DNA of 64,000 bases from Candidatus Marinamargulisbacteria bacterium SCGC AG-343-D04 (GCA_003265885.1 QFBQ01000001.1:4215-68214); one strand, 5' to 3'; positions 8,879 through 19,050 are shown, numbered from the stretch's first letter. Made by a program: numbers and translations. The notes: a model not told the origin generated them from the letters alone.

Positions 8879-9628
8879 ATGAGAAAAAAAATAGCAATAT
8901 CTAATACAGCAACATTAAAAAGTCAAAAGAAGCAACCTTCATTTGAAAAAATCGAGAATATCAACCCAGAAGATTTCAATAAATACCCGCAAGAAGATCT
9001 CTTTATAAGACTTCTTCACTGTGATTACAAAAAAATCTGCAAAGACCCTAAACACCCACTATTATCCGTAAAGTTAGACCAATGGATAAATCTTAAATGC
9101 AATATATTAAATGTAATTTCAAAGAAAAAAAAATGTAAAAAACATTTACTTTATGCATTCGGAACTACCAAAGAAAGAAAACCTCATATTTACAGTATCT
9201 TGTTAAAAGCAACTACTGTAGAATTATCCAAATCACAAAATGAGCATAAACCTTTCAAACTTTTTCAACTACTTTTAGAGTTTCCGGATTTTTTTCAAGA
9301 TTCAACGGAATTAGAGTCAATCTCTACTCAATTATTTTCTGAAACAACCCCAGAGCATTGGGAAAATTTTTTTCTTGCACAACATGACACTGAAGAACAT
9401 ACTAAATATCACATTATAAAACTCCTTAATAATTTTCATATCAGCAATTTTATAATAGATACCCTCTTATTTCAAAAAGAAGGGTTTGATTTAGAGCGAT
9501 TCGAAGAAACAAGCGAAAATGACCCGTTTTTCTACGAAGCAATTGTAGAAAATATAGTTTATCCATTATCCGACGAGCTAGAAGATATTGAAGATATTGA
9601 AGATCTTGAAAGTCAAAATGAGAACTAA
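8879..9628 (+). CDS. Hypothetical protein with acidic C-terminal tail
   Basis: 249-aa ORF with no recognisable motif. It ends in DELEDIEDIEDLESQNEN. There is an extremely A-rich upstream region. Confidence 0.4.
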   Translation: MRKKIAISNTATLKSQKKQPSFEKIENINPEDFNKYPQEDLFIRLLHCDYKKICKDPKHPLLSVKLDQWINLKCNILNVISKKKKCKKHLLYAFGTTKERKPHIYSILLKATTVELSKSQNEHKPFKLFQLLLEFPDFFQDSTELESISTQLFSETTPEHWENFFLAQHDTEEHTKYHIIKLLNNFHISNFIIDTLLFQKEGFDLERFEETSENDPFFYEAIVENIVYPLSDELEDIEDIEDLESQNEN

Positions 9629-9739
9629 ACATGAAAAAGATTGGGCGAAAAATATAATCAAAAAATTTCTCTCTAAAATACTAAAAAATCAAATCAAAAC
9701 ATTTTTCTTTTCACAAAATTACACTACACTATAACTATA

Positions 9740-10492
9740 ATGTCTTTTAAACGTAAGTTGCATGATATTGTATTTAATACGAACTGTCGTATAGGCCAAG
9801 CTTTCGATACGTCTATTATCATACTTATTATCATTAGCACTATTAGCATATCAATATCTAGTATCAAGACTTATCATCTTTCTTACGGACAATTGTTCTA
9901 TACCCTCGAATGGATACTAACTATTCTTTTTACCATAGAATACGTCTTAAGACTTTATTCCTCAAAAAACAGGGTGGCCTACTCTACCAGTTTTTTTGGT
10001 ATTGTTGATTTGTTAGCCATTTTGCCAACATATATTGCTTTAGTGATGACTAGTAGTCATTATTTATTATTCATTCGATTATTGCGCGTTATGCGTATTT
10101 TTCGAGTATTGAAGCTGTTTAAGTATGTATCTGAAATGCAATTAATCATACAAACTCTTGCTAAAAGTAGTAGAAAAATTCTTGTTTTTCTTATGATGGT
10201 TTTAGTTCTGATTACACTATTAGGCTCAACAATGTATATTATTGAAGGTGAAGAACATGGCTTTTCAAATATTCCTGTTAGTATTTATTGGGCCATTGTT
10301 ACCCTAACCACTGTTGGTTATGGGGATATATCTCCGCAGACTGCTTTAGGAAAACTTGTTTCATCTATTATAATGATTTTAGGATACTGCATTATTGCAG
10401 TTCCTACTGGACTAGTGAGTGTTGATTTATCAAAAAACTTTTCTAACTCCCCTTCTACCCCATCTACTCAAAAATCTTCCCAAAATAATTAA
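9740..10492 (+). CDS. Voltage-gated-type potassium channel (6TM, Kv/KvAP-like)
   Basis: S4-like Arg repeat RLLRVMRIFRVLKLFK and selectivity filter TTVGYGD. Confidence 0.8.
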   Translation: MSFKRKLHDIVFNTNCRIGQAFDTSIIILIIISTISISISSIKTYHLSYGQLFYTLEWILTILFTIEYVLRLYSSKNRVAYSTSFFGIVDLLAILPTYIALVMTSSHYLLFIRLLRVMRIFRVLKLFKYVSEMQLIIQTLAKSSRKILVFLMMVLVLITLLGSTMYIIEGEEHGFSNIPVSIYWAIVTLTTVGYGDISPQTALGKLVSSIIMILGYCIIAVPTGLVSVDLSKNFSNSPSTPSTQKSSQNN

Positions 10493-10630
10493 AAAAAATT
10501 TTTATGTAATTTTAATGAATTTCAGCTTGATTTCATCTTTAATAATCAAGAACTCAGATAAAAAATTTTCTTTACTCAATTAAAACATGTATCAAACCTT
10601 GTAAAAACACTTAAAGGCATTCAAAATAGA

Positions 10631-11485
10631 ATGATGTGGTCACCATTAAAAAAAGAATTGATAGACCTATCATTTATCTTTCTAGGAATCTCCTTAGCCT
10701 TTCTAGGCATTAATGGATTTTTATTACCTAATGGATTTATCGATGGTGGCGTTACAGGTTTATCTATGCTTGTTTCAAAATTATGGAACGTTGATTTGGC
10801 CACCGTTATTTTTTTGATTAACAGCCCCTTTGTCTTTATTGCATCTCGACGAATGGGACTTGTTTTTTCTTTAAAAAGCGCATTAACAATAGCTGGTTTT
10901 GCAACGATGCTTCATTTTCTTCATTTTCCTTTAGTCACAGAAGACAAAATTTTATCAGCTATATTTGGGGGAATTGCTTTAGGTTCAGGAATTGGATTTG
11001 CATTTAGAGGAGCAGCTGTTTTAGACGGTACTGAAGTTGTTGCATTGCTTCTAAGCAAACGTTTTGGTATAAGGGTTGGAGATGTGATTTTGAGTTTTAA
11101 CGTTGTGTTATTTTCTGTAGCAGCCGTTGTACTGGGTTTAGAATCTGCTTTATATTCAGTGTTAACTTACTTGTCAGCTTCAAAAGCGATAGATTTTGTT
11201 GTCTATGGGTTTGAATTATTAGGCATGAATATAGTAGCAGAAAATAGCAAAAAAATTAGAGACGCCATTAATGAAAACTTAGGTCTTAGTGTAACCATTT
11301 TTAATGGAGAACGTGGCTTCACAAAAAAGAAACAAGATATCTTGTTTTGTGTATGCGGAGCTATTGATGCTAATAAAGTAAAAGAATTAGCAACTCGTAT
11401 TGATCCGAATGCTTTTATAACAATGCATAAAATAAAAGAAACCTATGGCGGAGGATTACAACGCCAATATATTTCAATTAAATAA
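10631..11485 (+). CDS. YitT-family membrane protein (DUF2179 C-terminal domain)
   Basis: GGVTGLSML motif in the membrane domain. The soluble C-terminal domain ends in ETYGGG. Confidence 0.65.
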   Translation: MMWSPLKKELIDLSFIFLGISLAFLGINGFLLPNGFIDGGVTGLSMLVSKLWNVDLATVIFLINSPFVFIASRRMGLVFSLKSALTIAGFATMLHFLHFPLVTEDKILSAIFGGIALGSGIGFAFRGAAVLDGTEVVALLLSKRFGIRVGDVILSFNVVLFSVAAVVLGLESALYSVLTYLSASKAIDFVVYGFELLGMNIVAENSKKIRDAINENLGLSVTIFNGERGFTKKKQDILFCVCGAIDANKVKELATRIDPNAFITMHKIKETYGGGLQRQYISIK

Positions 11486-11496
11486 AAATTCTAACC

Positions 11497-11847
11497 CTAA
11501 AAATGTTCTTTCCATATATCTTCATCAAAACCCACTAATAAGTGCTGATTAGATATCAAAACTGGTCGTTTTACTAAATTTCCATTTTTAGAAAGTAAAA
11601 CTAAAGCTTCATCTTCTGAAAGAGATGGTAAAACCTCCTTCATATTTAAAGACCTATACTCTTTTCCAGAAACGTTAAATAACTGCTTTAAAGAATATTT
11701 TCCTTTTGTTAACAACAAACTTAACTCCTCAATTTGAGGGGGGCAGTCTCTAATAGGAATAATCTCAAACTGAATACGCTTAGACTCTAAAAACTTTATC
11801 GCTTTGATGCAGGTAGAACATTTTTTATAAACATATAGCTTTACCAT
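11497..11847 (-). CDS. ArsC/Spx-family thioredoxin-fold protein (YffB-like)
   Basis: 116 aa. N-terminus VYKKCSTCIKA with a CxxC-type motif, in the ArsC/Spx family arrangement. Confidence 0.65.
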   Translation of the reverse strand: MVKLYVYKKCSTCIKAIKFLESKRIQFEIIPIRDCPPQIEELSLLLTKGKYSLKQLFNVSGKEYRSLNMKEVLPSLSEDEALVLLSKNGNLVKRPVLISNQHLLVGFDEDIWKEHF

Positions 11848-11910
11848 AGAACTCTCCCTTCGTGGAAGACCAGACTACTAAACAACAATTAACGAGTCAA
11901 TTAATATAAG

Positions 11911-13026
11911 CTATCTCAACCATTTTCGAATAATTAAATCTAGCTCTCCACTTTCTTCCAAACTTAGTATTCCCCTATTCACCTTCTCTCTCAAGTTAGA
12001 ATTAGAAGGAAATGCAATCCCATAGAACTGACTATCAAATGTTATATCCAACACTTCTAAATTAGATTTTTTAAATTTCTGAACATAATACTTTAGTCTA
12101 GGAAAATCATATACAAAAGCATCCAGTTCTTTTGACACGAGTGGAAATAGGGCCTGCTCAAAATCAGAATATTGATAAACATTCGCATGAATTGAGTTGA
12201 GAAAAAAAGAAGCTGTTGAGCCTGAAATAGTTCCAACCTTTTTTCCGGCTAAGTCAGCTACCTCAGAAATAGACCTATCTAATTTTTGAACAGTTAACGC
12301 ACTAGAAATAGATGCAGTAAAAAAAGAAATTAAAAATATTCCCACAAACATCCATAATACAGAAATAGTACGCCCAAAAAAACTACGTGGAACTTTATCT
12401 CCATATCCAACCGTGGTCACCGTCACTGTAGACCACCATATAGAATCTCTAATTCCTTTCCAATACTTTTTACTAAATTGAGAATTATTATTTCGCTCAA
12501 TGACCCATATAATATTAGAAATTAAAAATATAACTGAAACTAGTATAAAAATAGATTTGAGAATATTGGCTGAAAATATCATACTAAAAAAGTTTTTAAA
12601 CAACTGAACATACCCGTATTCTGAATTAAATAATAAAACAGCTAACCCAGTTTGATAATAAGGATAAGAAAAATCCATATTGATTTCACGGTCTTTTGTA
12701 ATAGATAAACCAGAAATAGCAAAATCTAGACGCGACTCTTCAACATTTTGAAATAAAGATTGTAAATCATCATACAAAACTAATTGATACCTAAAATTAA
12801 GTTGTACGGCTAATTCCTTTAAAATATCTATACTTATTCCAGAAAGAGCTCCTTTACCATCCTTAATCACAAAGGGTTCAAATATCTTAGTTCCAATAAT
12901 ATAAGTTTTTTGAGTATCCTCAAATTCCAGTTCACTAGAATAAACAATAGTTGAACAACACACACATATATAAACTAAAATAAAACACAAGTTCCTAAAA
13001 ACTTTCATACTCAATATAGTTACCAT
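11911..13026 (-). CDS. GluR0-like ligand-gated potassium channel (periplasmic binding-protein fold interrupted by a K+ channel pore)
   Basis: SBP type-3 lobes flank a pore region with TVTTVGYGD. The likely start is ATG 13026 (MVTILSMKVF..., signal-like) rather than the listed 13113. Confidence 0.7.
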   Translation of the reverse strand: MVTILSMKVFRNLCFILVYICVCCSTIVYSSELEFEDTQKTYIIGTKIFEPFVIKDGKGALSGISIDILKELAVQLNFRYQLVLYDDLQSLFQNVEESRLDFAISGLSITKDREINMDFSYPYYQTGLAVLLFNSEYGYVQLFKNFFSMIFSANILKSIFILVSVIFLISNIIWVIERNNNSQFSKKYWKGIRDSIWWSTVTVTTVGYGDKVPRSFFGRTISVLWMFVGIFLISFFTASISSALTVQKLDRSISEVADLAGKKVGTISGSTASFFLNSIHANVYQYSDFEQALFPLVSKELDAFVYDFPRLKYYVQKFKKSNLEVLDITFDSQFYGIAFPSNSNLREKVNRGILSLEESGELDLIIRKWLR

Positions 13027-13142
13027 TTTTACCAAAAGTTCAAACCTATAAAAAAAGCTAATAGAACTTCTACACAAACACATAGAAAACCATGGTCGTG
13101 AATCGCAAAACAAACGACATCGCAGTAAAATTTCAGACTATT

Positions 13143-14489
13143 TCAATAAGAAAACCGAACAATAGTCTCTAAATGATATGTTTGCGGAAACATGTTCAAG
13201 ACACAAACACTAGAAATTCGATACCCACCTTCGCATAATATTTTCGAATCCCGAAGCAAGGTTTCAGGTGAACACGACACATAAATTAGAACATCTATCT
13301 TCTTATCAAGAATACACTGTAATACTTTTCTATCCACCCCCTTTCGAGGAGGGTCACATATAACAATCGATGGATCGCTATCCATAGATGGTAACACCTC
13401 TTCAACCACGCCTTCAATAAATTCAACATTTTCAACATGATTCAACGCAGCATTCGCATTAGCATCAAAAATCGCCTTAGGATGAGACTCTACCCCCACA
13501 ATCTTTTGAACATGAGAAGCCAAATACAAAGTCATAGCTCCCGTTCCACAATAAAGATCTAAAACACTTTCAGAGCCATTCACATCCATCATTTGCAACA
13601 CTTCCTCCCATAACAAAAGCATCCCTCTTCTATTTGCCTGAAAAAAAGATCGTAAAGACAGAGATAAACATAACCCCCCTACTCTCTCTTTAATTTCGCT
13701 TTCCCCCCACAACAAACACTCTTTTTCGCCTAAAACTGTCCATTTAAGGTTATCGTTTTCACTCAAATATATACTTTTCACTTCTGAAACACCTTTCATA
13801 TAAGCCACAAATGACTCTCGATACTCCATCAAATCATCGTTACTCACTAACGCAATCATCACCTCCGATTCAGAAGACACCCTCACAACAAAATGAGCGA
13901 TCCCGTCACGTTCATTTTCTTTAAAAATAGGAGGCGAAAACTCTCTCAAATATGATTTAAATAAAAGCAAAACCCTATTCGTTAAGGAGTCCTGAATATA
14001 ACACTCGTCACAATCCACAACACGCTGACTTCTCATTGCAAAAAAACCAACACTATAGTTCCCTTCCTCATCTTTAGTAACAGCAAACTGCGCCTTATTT
14101 CTATAAAACAAGGTATCTGGAGACTCCCTATACATCACATCGGGAATAGAATATCCCTCTTGTTCAAATAAACGCTGCACTCGCTCCACCTTCATAGCTT
14201 TTTCAGAAGCTTCTGAAAGATGCTGAATATGACAGCCTCCACATCTCGTAAACACCTTACAAGGAGGAGATTGACGTTGATCTGATGGCCTAATAATCTC
14301 CACACACTTACCAAATGAATACGGTAAAGACACTTTCGTAATATGAACACAAATGGTATCCCCCGGACAGGTAAACGGAACAAGCACCACCGCCCCCTTA
14401 TATACGCCCTGACCTAATCCTTTATCCGACCAAGACTGAATATCTAAATAAAACCGATCATTTTTTTGAAAAGGAATGGTCATATACAC
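13143..14489 (-). CDS. 23S rRNA (uracil-C5)-methyltransferase, RlmD/RumA family
   Basis: N-terminal TRAM-like domain, Fe-S Cys cluster (C...CGGCHIQH), SAM motif DLYCGTG, and the catalytic DPPRKG ... SC region. Confidence 0.8.
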   Translation of the reverse strand: MYMTIPFQKNDRFYLDIQSWSDKGLGQGVYKGAVVLVPFTCPGDTICVHITKVSLPYSFGKCVEIIRPSDQRQSPPCKVFTRCGGCHIQHLSEASEKAMKVERVQRLFEQEGYSIPDVMYRESPDTLFYRNKAQFAVTKDEEGNYSVGFFAMRSQRVVDCDECYIQDSLTNRVLLLFKSYLREFSPPIFKENERDGIAHFVVRVSSESEVMIALVSNDDLMEYRESFVAYMKGVSEVKSIYLSENDNLKWTVLGEKECLLWGESEIKERVGGLCLSLSLRSFFQANRRGMLLLWEEVLQMMDVNGSESVLDLYCGTGAMTLYLASHVQKIVGVESHPKAIFDANANAALNHVENVEFIEGVVEEVLPSMDSDPSIVICDPPRKGVDRKVLQCILDKKIDVLIYVSCSPETLLRDSKILCEGGYRISSVCVLNMFPQTYHLETIVRFSY

Positions 14490-14510
14490 CTATATTTATA
14501 GACTAAAGTC

Positions 14511-14828
14511 CTATTTAAGTCTTTTTATTTTACTTAAAAATATAACATCAACAGACAACGAAAGAGTCTGAATAATAAAAATAGGTACAAAAACATATAT
14601 CCATCGCTTAGCTAAAAAAAGCGCTCCCACAAAAACTGCTACATAGAAAAAAAGATGCTTAGGCTTTAAAACATCAAAAAATTGAATCAATTGATCTAAA
14701 AATATATCCTGCGTTTGCATACCCTTACAACACTTACGAATATACAAAAACAAAAACCATTCAAAAAAAAACAGCACTAAAGATACGCATAATAATAATT
14801 GAGATAACGATAAAGATGCCCATTCCAT
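14511..14828 (-). CDS. Small hypothetical membrane protein
   Basis: 105 aa with three hydrophobic helices. It is co-directional with its neighbours and has no motif. Confidence 0.3.
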   Translation of the reverse strand: MEWASLSLSQLLLCVSLVLFFFEWFLFLYIRKCCKGMQTQDIFLDQLIQFFDVLKPKHLFFYVAVFVGALFLAKRWIYVFVPIFIIQTLSLSVDVIFLSKIKRLK

Positions 14829-14851
14829 AACTACTCCTCAGTATACCATTG

Positions 14852-16033
14852 TCACAACATAATACGAACAACGGTCGGATAATCCCCATCATAATCAACC
14901 GCACGTAAAACCCAGCCCTCCTCAAACTGAATATTCATGTCAGCCCCATCCAAACTCCACACAAACATATCCGAATCTAACATAGACTCAATAATACCCA
15001 AATCAGAGTAATCATATAAACTTTTAATCATAACCTTATTTCCCTTTGGAATAAGAATACAACTCATTTTCGAGTTTAAATCAGGAGAAATCAATTCGAA
15101 ATAATCATAATAATAAGAATGTTCATTACCTTTATGAAGAATCACATCATCCTTCCAATAAACACTAAGCTCATTATCCTTAACCATAGCCTTCACAAAA
15201 AAATCGTTTCTCCCCCTCCAAAACGTTCCTCCTTTTTCAATAAAAGACACAAATCTCTGTCTCCATTTCTGTAAAGAAAACAAAATATTCTCATTAAACA
15301 ATCGACCAGTTGATTCAAAAAAAACACCCAGAAAACCCTCATAACCTTGCTTAAAAAAACGATAAAAGTGATGATTAGAAACAAGAGATGCATCTAGCCC
15401 TGTAATAAAAAAAGGAGTATCCTCTACATAATCTCTAAACTCTGTATACTCACATAATAATTCTTCTAAACTTATGTCCTTACTCAACAACCTTTTTGGG
15501 TAATCCCCGACATTAAACGCAACAACATCCACATCATCAGGCAAAAAATAGTCCCAACGCGTATTATCCCTATACCAAGACGGAAATAATGAGGATTCAT
15601 ACACCCAAGTTACATTTTTCACATCACGCTTTCGAAAATAATCCTGAATATAAGCGTAAGTAGTTTGATATAAAACATTTACATCTTGTTCATGAAACAG
15701 AGTCCAGGCATTATCCCTATTCACATTTGGCGCTACTGAAATATAGACAGAAGCTGTCCTATTTATAACCACCCGTACAAAAGACTCCAAAACATCATCA
15801 AATTGCCCATCACAAATAGACTTATATATAACCGTTTGATCTTTAACGGGTAATAAAGAGAGATATAGTGCCGAACCCGTATCAATAACAGGCCATTTTT
15901 CAGGTTCAAACGTCAATGAATAAGAACGAATCTTTGAAAACGAATCTGTAGAAAATAAAGAGTCCCACCCTATAAAAACAAAAAAAGTGATGATTAAAAA
16001 AGAACTTAACAGAAGACGTTTTGCTTTAATCAC
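14852..16033 (-). CDS. Hypothetical protein with N-terminal membrane anchor
   Basis: Long ORF. The listed ATG (16111) would overlap the upstream esterase gene by 86 nt. A GTG at 16033 forms a GTGATTAA junction with that gene's stop and immediately precedes the anchor KRLLLSSFLIITFFVFIGW. Confidence 0.45.
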   Translation of the reverse strand: MIKAKRLLLSSFLIITFFVFIGWDSLFSTDSFSKIRSYSLTFEPEKWPVIDTGSALYLSLLPVKDQTVIYKSICDGQFDDVLESFVRVVINRTASVYISVAPNVNRDNAWTLFHEQDVNVLYQTTYAYIQDYFRKRDVKNVTWVYESSLFPSWYRDNTRWDYFLPDDVDVVAFNVGDYPKRLLSKDISLEELLCEYTEFRDYVEDTPFFITGLDASLVSNHHFYRFFKQGYEGFLGVFFESTGRLFNENILFSLQKWRQRFVSFIEKGGTFWRGRNDFFVKAMVKDNELSVYWKDDVILHKGNEHSYYYDYFELISPDLNSKMSCILIPKGNKVMIKSLYDYSDLGIIESMLDSDMFVWSLDGADMNIQFEEGWVLRAVDYDGDYPTVVRIML

Positions 16034-16802
16034 AAAACTCTCGAACCACCTTATAAAACATATCTGGTTGTTCAGCCTGAACCCAATGCCCCGCACCATA
16101 AATCTCGACACAGCTCATAGAGTCAAAATTCTTGCTAAAAAACCGTTCATCCTCTTTATTAATATAATCTGAAAATTCTCCTTTAATAAAACAAACACGA
16201 CATGAAGATTTTTTTTCAAAAGAAATCGCGCCCATAATCTTAGGATACGAATCTAGTAGAGCCGAAACATTACATTGCCAATAAAAATGTCCTTCAGAGT
16301 CTCGCTTTAAGTTCTTTAATAGAAAAGACCGGATCCCCTTATTCGAAACAGCCTCCATAAAAACCTTATCGACATCAGATCTAGTAGTAAAGGAAGATAA
16401 ATCTAGAGCATTCATCTGTTCAAGCAAAGAAAGGTGATGATACTCATATTGTCTAGCTGCAATATCCACCACTACAGCCTTACTAAAACGGGATTCATCT
16501 ATAGTCAAACATGATAAGACCACTTTTCCTCCCATAGAGTGGCCCATAATCATAACCTTTTCTAAATTCAAGTGATCCATGAGCTCAAAAACATCCTGAG
16601 CCATCACCTGGTAATTCATCTCATCATCATGAAACGATTTCCCATGATTTCTACAATCTACACAATAAACAGAATAGTACTCTGAAAAACGTTTTGCCAA
16701 TGTCCTCCAATTCTCTGAAGACCCCAACAAACCATGCAAAATCATCAGCACGGGTGCAGAGGAGTTTTCACATTCATAAACATCGTAATGGCATAGTGAC
16801 AT
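16026..16802 (-). CDS. Alpha/beta-fold hydrolase (YbfF-like esterase)
   Basis: HG oxyanion motif (ILHGLLGS), nucleophile elbow GHSMGG, and a C-terminal GAGHWV histidine motif. Confidence 0.75.
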   Translation of the reverse strand: MSLCHYDVYECENSSAPVLMILHGLLGSSENWRTLAKRFSEYYSVYCVDCRNHGKSFHDDEMNYQVMAQDVFELMDHLNLEKVMIMGHSMGGKVVLSCLTIDESRFSKAVVVDIAARQYEYHHLSLLEQMNALDLSSFTTRSDVDKVFMEAVSNKGIRSFLLKNLKRDSEGHFYWQCNVSALLDSYPKIMGAISFEKKSSCRVCFIKGEFSDYINKEDERFFSKNFDSMSCVEIYGAGHWVQAEQPDMFYKVVREFCD

Positions 16803-16854
16803 AACTCCATTATATTAACACAGTAAAAAAAAGAGAATAAAAATATATTGACGC

Positions 16855-16883
16855 TTGTATGAGACATAAGTTTTAGCTATAGT
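16855..16883 (+). promoter_or_regulatory. Candidate sigma70-type promoter abutting the manC start
   Basis: TTGTAT, 17 nt, TATAGT, then 6 nt to the ATG at 16890. No SD lies in between. Confidence 0.3.
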
Positions 16884-16889
16884 AAACAT

Positions 16890-17936
16890 ATGCTTCACAT
16901 CATGATTATGGCAGGGGGAAAAGGGTCTCGTTTTTGGCCAAAATCACGAAAATCTAGCCCCAAGCAGTTTTTATCTATCATCAACAATCAAGCTCTCATG
17001 GATGATACCTTAGACAGGATAGAGTCCCTCACCCTTCCCCAACATCGATGGATTTTAGGAAATAATGAACATGCAAAACAGTTAATACCTTATGAAAACA
17101 GAGTACCCAAAGAAAACATTTTAAAGGAGCCCTTTGGAAAAAACACAGCAGCATGCATTGGATGGGCCGCTTTTGAAGCTCTCAAAAAAGATCCCGATGC
17201 TATTTGTGTCATATTACCAGCAGATGCCTGGATACATCCCACAGATCTCTTTCAAGAAACACTTAAAAAAGCCGTTAAAGAAGTCGAAGAAAACAACAGC
17301 GTTGTCACTATTGGCATCCCCCCCACAAGCCCACATACTGGATATGGCTATATTGAGGCTAAGAATTCATCTCCTGGAATCGTCACCCCCATTCAACGCT
17401 TTGTCGAAAAACCCAATTTTAACACGGCTAAAGCCTATGTAGAATCAGGCCACTATTTCTGGAACGCAGGTATTTTTGTATGGAAAGCGAGTAAAATTGT
17501 AGAGTGTCTAAAAGAATATCTTCCTAATCATTTCAATATTATTGAATCTTTCACACAAAAAAACATAATCCAACCCGATGACATTGCCCCCTATTATGAG
17601 AAACTTGAAAACATCTCTATAGACTATGCCATCATGGAAAAAATCAGTGACGATATCAAATTAATCCCAGCTAACTTTAACTGGAGTGATATTGGAAATT
17701 GGAGTGCTTTAGAGCAATTTTTACCCAAAGATACTCATAACAATGCAGTAAAAGGCCAGCTTATTGCAAGTAATAGCTCAAACAATATTGTTTTTTCAGA
17801 AAAACGTTCTGTCGCTCTCTGTAATATCAACGATTTAATTATTGTAGACTCAGAGGATGCCTTACTCATCTTACCTAAAGAGTCGGATCAAGATATTAAA
17901 AAACTCTATGACAAACTCGACCCAAAACTCACCTAG
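16890..17936 (+). CDS. manC: Mannose-1-phosphate guanylyltransferase (GDP-mannose pyrophosphorylase)
   Basis: N-terminus MAGGKGSRFWP plus downstream nucleotidyltransferase motifs (GYGYIE, FVEKP, YFWNAGIF). Confidence 0.8.
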   Translation: MLHIMIMAGGKGSRFWPKSRKSSPKQFLSIINNQALMDDTLDRIESLTLPQHRWILGNNEHAKQLIPYENRVPKENILKEPFGKNTAACIGWAAFEALKKDPDAICVILPADAWIHPTDLFQETLKKAVKEVEENNSVVTIGIPPTSPHTGYGYIEAKNSSPGIVTPIQRFVEKPNFNTAKAYVESGHYFWNAGIFVWKASKIVECLKEYLPNHFNIIESFTQKNIIQPDDIAPYYEKLENISIDYAIMEKISDDIKLIPANFNWSDIGNWSALEQFLPKDTHNNAVKGQLIASNSSNNIVFSEKRSVALCNINDLIIVDSEDALLILPKESDQDIKKLYDKLDPKLT

Positions 17937-19050
17937 TTTTCATCTCTTTATCCAAGCCAATTCTCCTGGAGAAATTTCAGCATGGGTCAAACCTATTGCC
18001 ATCACTGCAAAGCAATACAACCCCAACATATTCATCACCTTATACTTAGTTCCCTGCCAATATGCCACAAAGAAAGAAGCTGATGTAGCTAAAACCATCT
18101 CAGAAATTGATGAAATCATTCCAGTAAACAAAAGCTTACTATATCTATTCTCACTTAAAAAACTGATAAAAAAATCAAAAAATGGAGCTATTCTTTATTT
18201 AGGAGGAGACCCCTTCTATTCATCACGTATGTCTTCCAAAACGGGATTTCCTGCTTTTGCCTACACTGAACATCAAAACTTTCCAACAAAAGCCTTTACC
18301 CATGTCTTTTTCAAGCATAAAGATGGAGATTTAATGGCTGCGAATAGCCAAATTCAACACTTTGAAAGAAACCTTATTTTTCAAAAATACTCCCTCAATC
18401 CAAAAAAAGACTATTGCTTAATATTTCCTGGATCACGACCCGAACACTTTAAAGCATTTTTCAAATTATGCTTGGACACAGTAACAGAAATTCACAAAAG
18501 CAAGCCGTATCACTTTATTTTTTGTATATCTCCCTACATTTCAGACGACCTTCTCAATGAGAGTCAACCAGATAATAACACTCCAAACATCACCTATTTA
18601 AGAGGAAATTCACTTGAATTATTACATATTTCCACACTTATGATCTCCCTGCCCGGGACAAACACTGCAGAAGCCATGTATATGCACTGCCCAATGTACA
18701 CCCTATGCCCCCTAAACCAGCCTAAATTACTCATTTTAGATGGATTACTAGGTCTTATAGTCAAACTCCCACTGATTGGCTCTCTCATCCTTTTTATAGC
18801 CTTATCTATCTTAAAAAAGAAAACCAAATTTGCCTCGCTACCCAACAAACTCAAGAATGAAAAAATCGTTCCTGAGTTCATTGGTATCATCAAACCTAAA
18901 GAACAGGCTCACATCGTTATTAAGTTATTAGAAAACAAAGAAAAACTACTGTCTATCAAAGAAAGATTAAAGCAAATGCCTATCTCTCCTACTCATCAAG
19001 CAATTGTGAAAAAAATATTAAAGTCTAATCTCCATCAAAAAAATGATTAG
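17908..19050 (+). CDS. Lipid-A-disaccharide synthase-related (LpxB-like, GT19-like) protein, tentative
   Basis: N-terminal SPGEISAW segment and LPGTNTAE motif resemble LpxB-related proteins. The start was chosen at the internal ATG 17908 (MTNSTQ), which overlaps the manC end by 29 nt. Confidence 0.45.
   Translation: MTNSTQNSPSFHLFIQANSPGEISAWVKPIAITAKQYNPNIFITLYLVPCQYATKKEADVAKTISEIDEIIPVNKSLLYLFSLKKLIKKSKNGAILYLGGDPFYSSRMSSKTGFPAFAYTEHQNFPTKAFTHVFFKHKDGDLMAANSQIQHFERNLIFQKYSLNPKKDYCLIFPGSRPEHFKAFFKLCLDTVTEIHKSKPYHFIFCISPYISDDLLNESQPDNNTPNITYLRGNSLELLHISTLMISLPGTNTAEAMYMHCPMYTLCPLNQPKLLILDGLLGLIVKLPLIGSLILFIALSILKKKTKFASLPNKLKNEKIVPEFIGIIKPKEQAHIVIKLLENKEKLLSIKERLKQMPISPTHQAIVKKILKSNLHQKND

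Noticed and set aside
13027-13113. N-terminal extensions of listed ORFs (13027..13113, 25787..25837, 16034..16111, 19689..19745, 30701..30754, 55217..55261, 56665..56712, 17857..17907).
   Set aside because: Internal starts give sensible signal peptides, SD sequences or stop/start junctions. They also avoid overlap with tRNAs or upstream genes. The extensions have no recognisable content.
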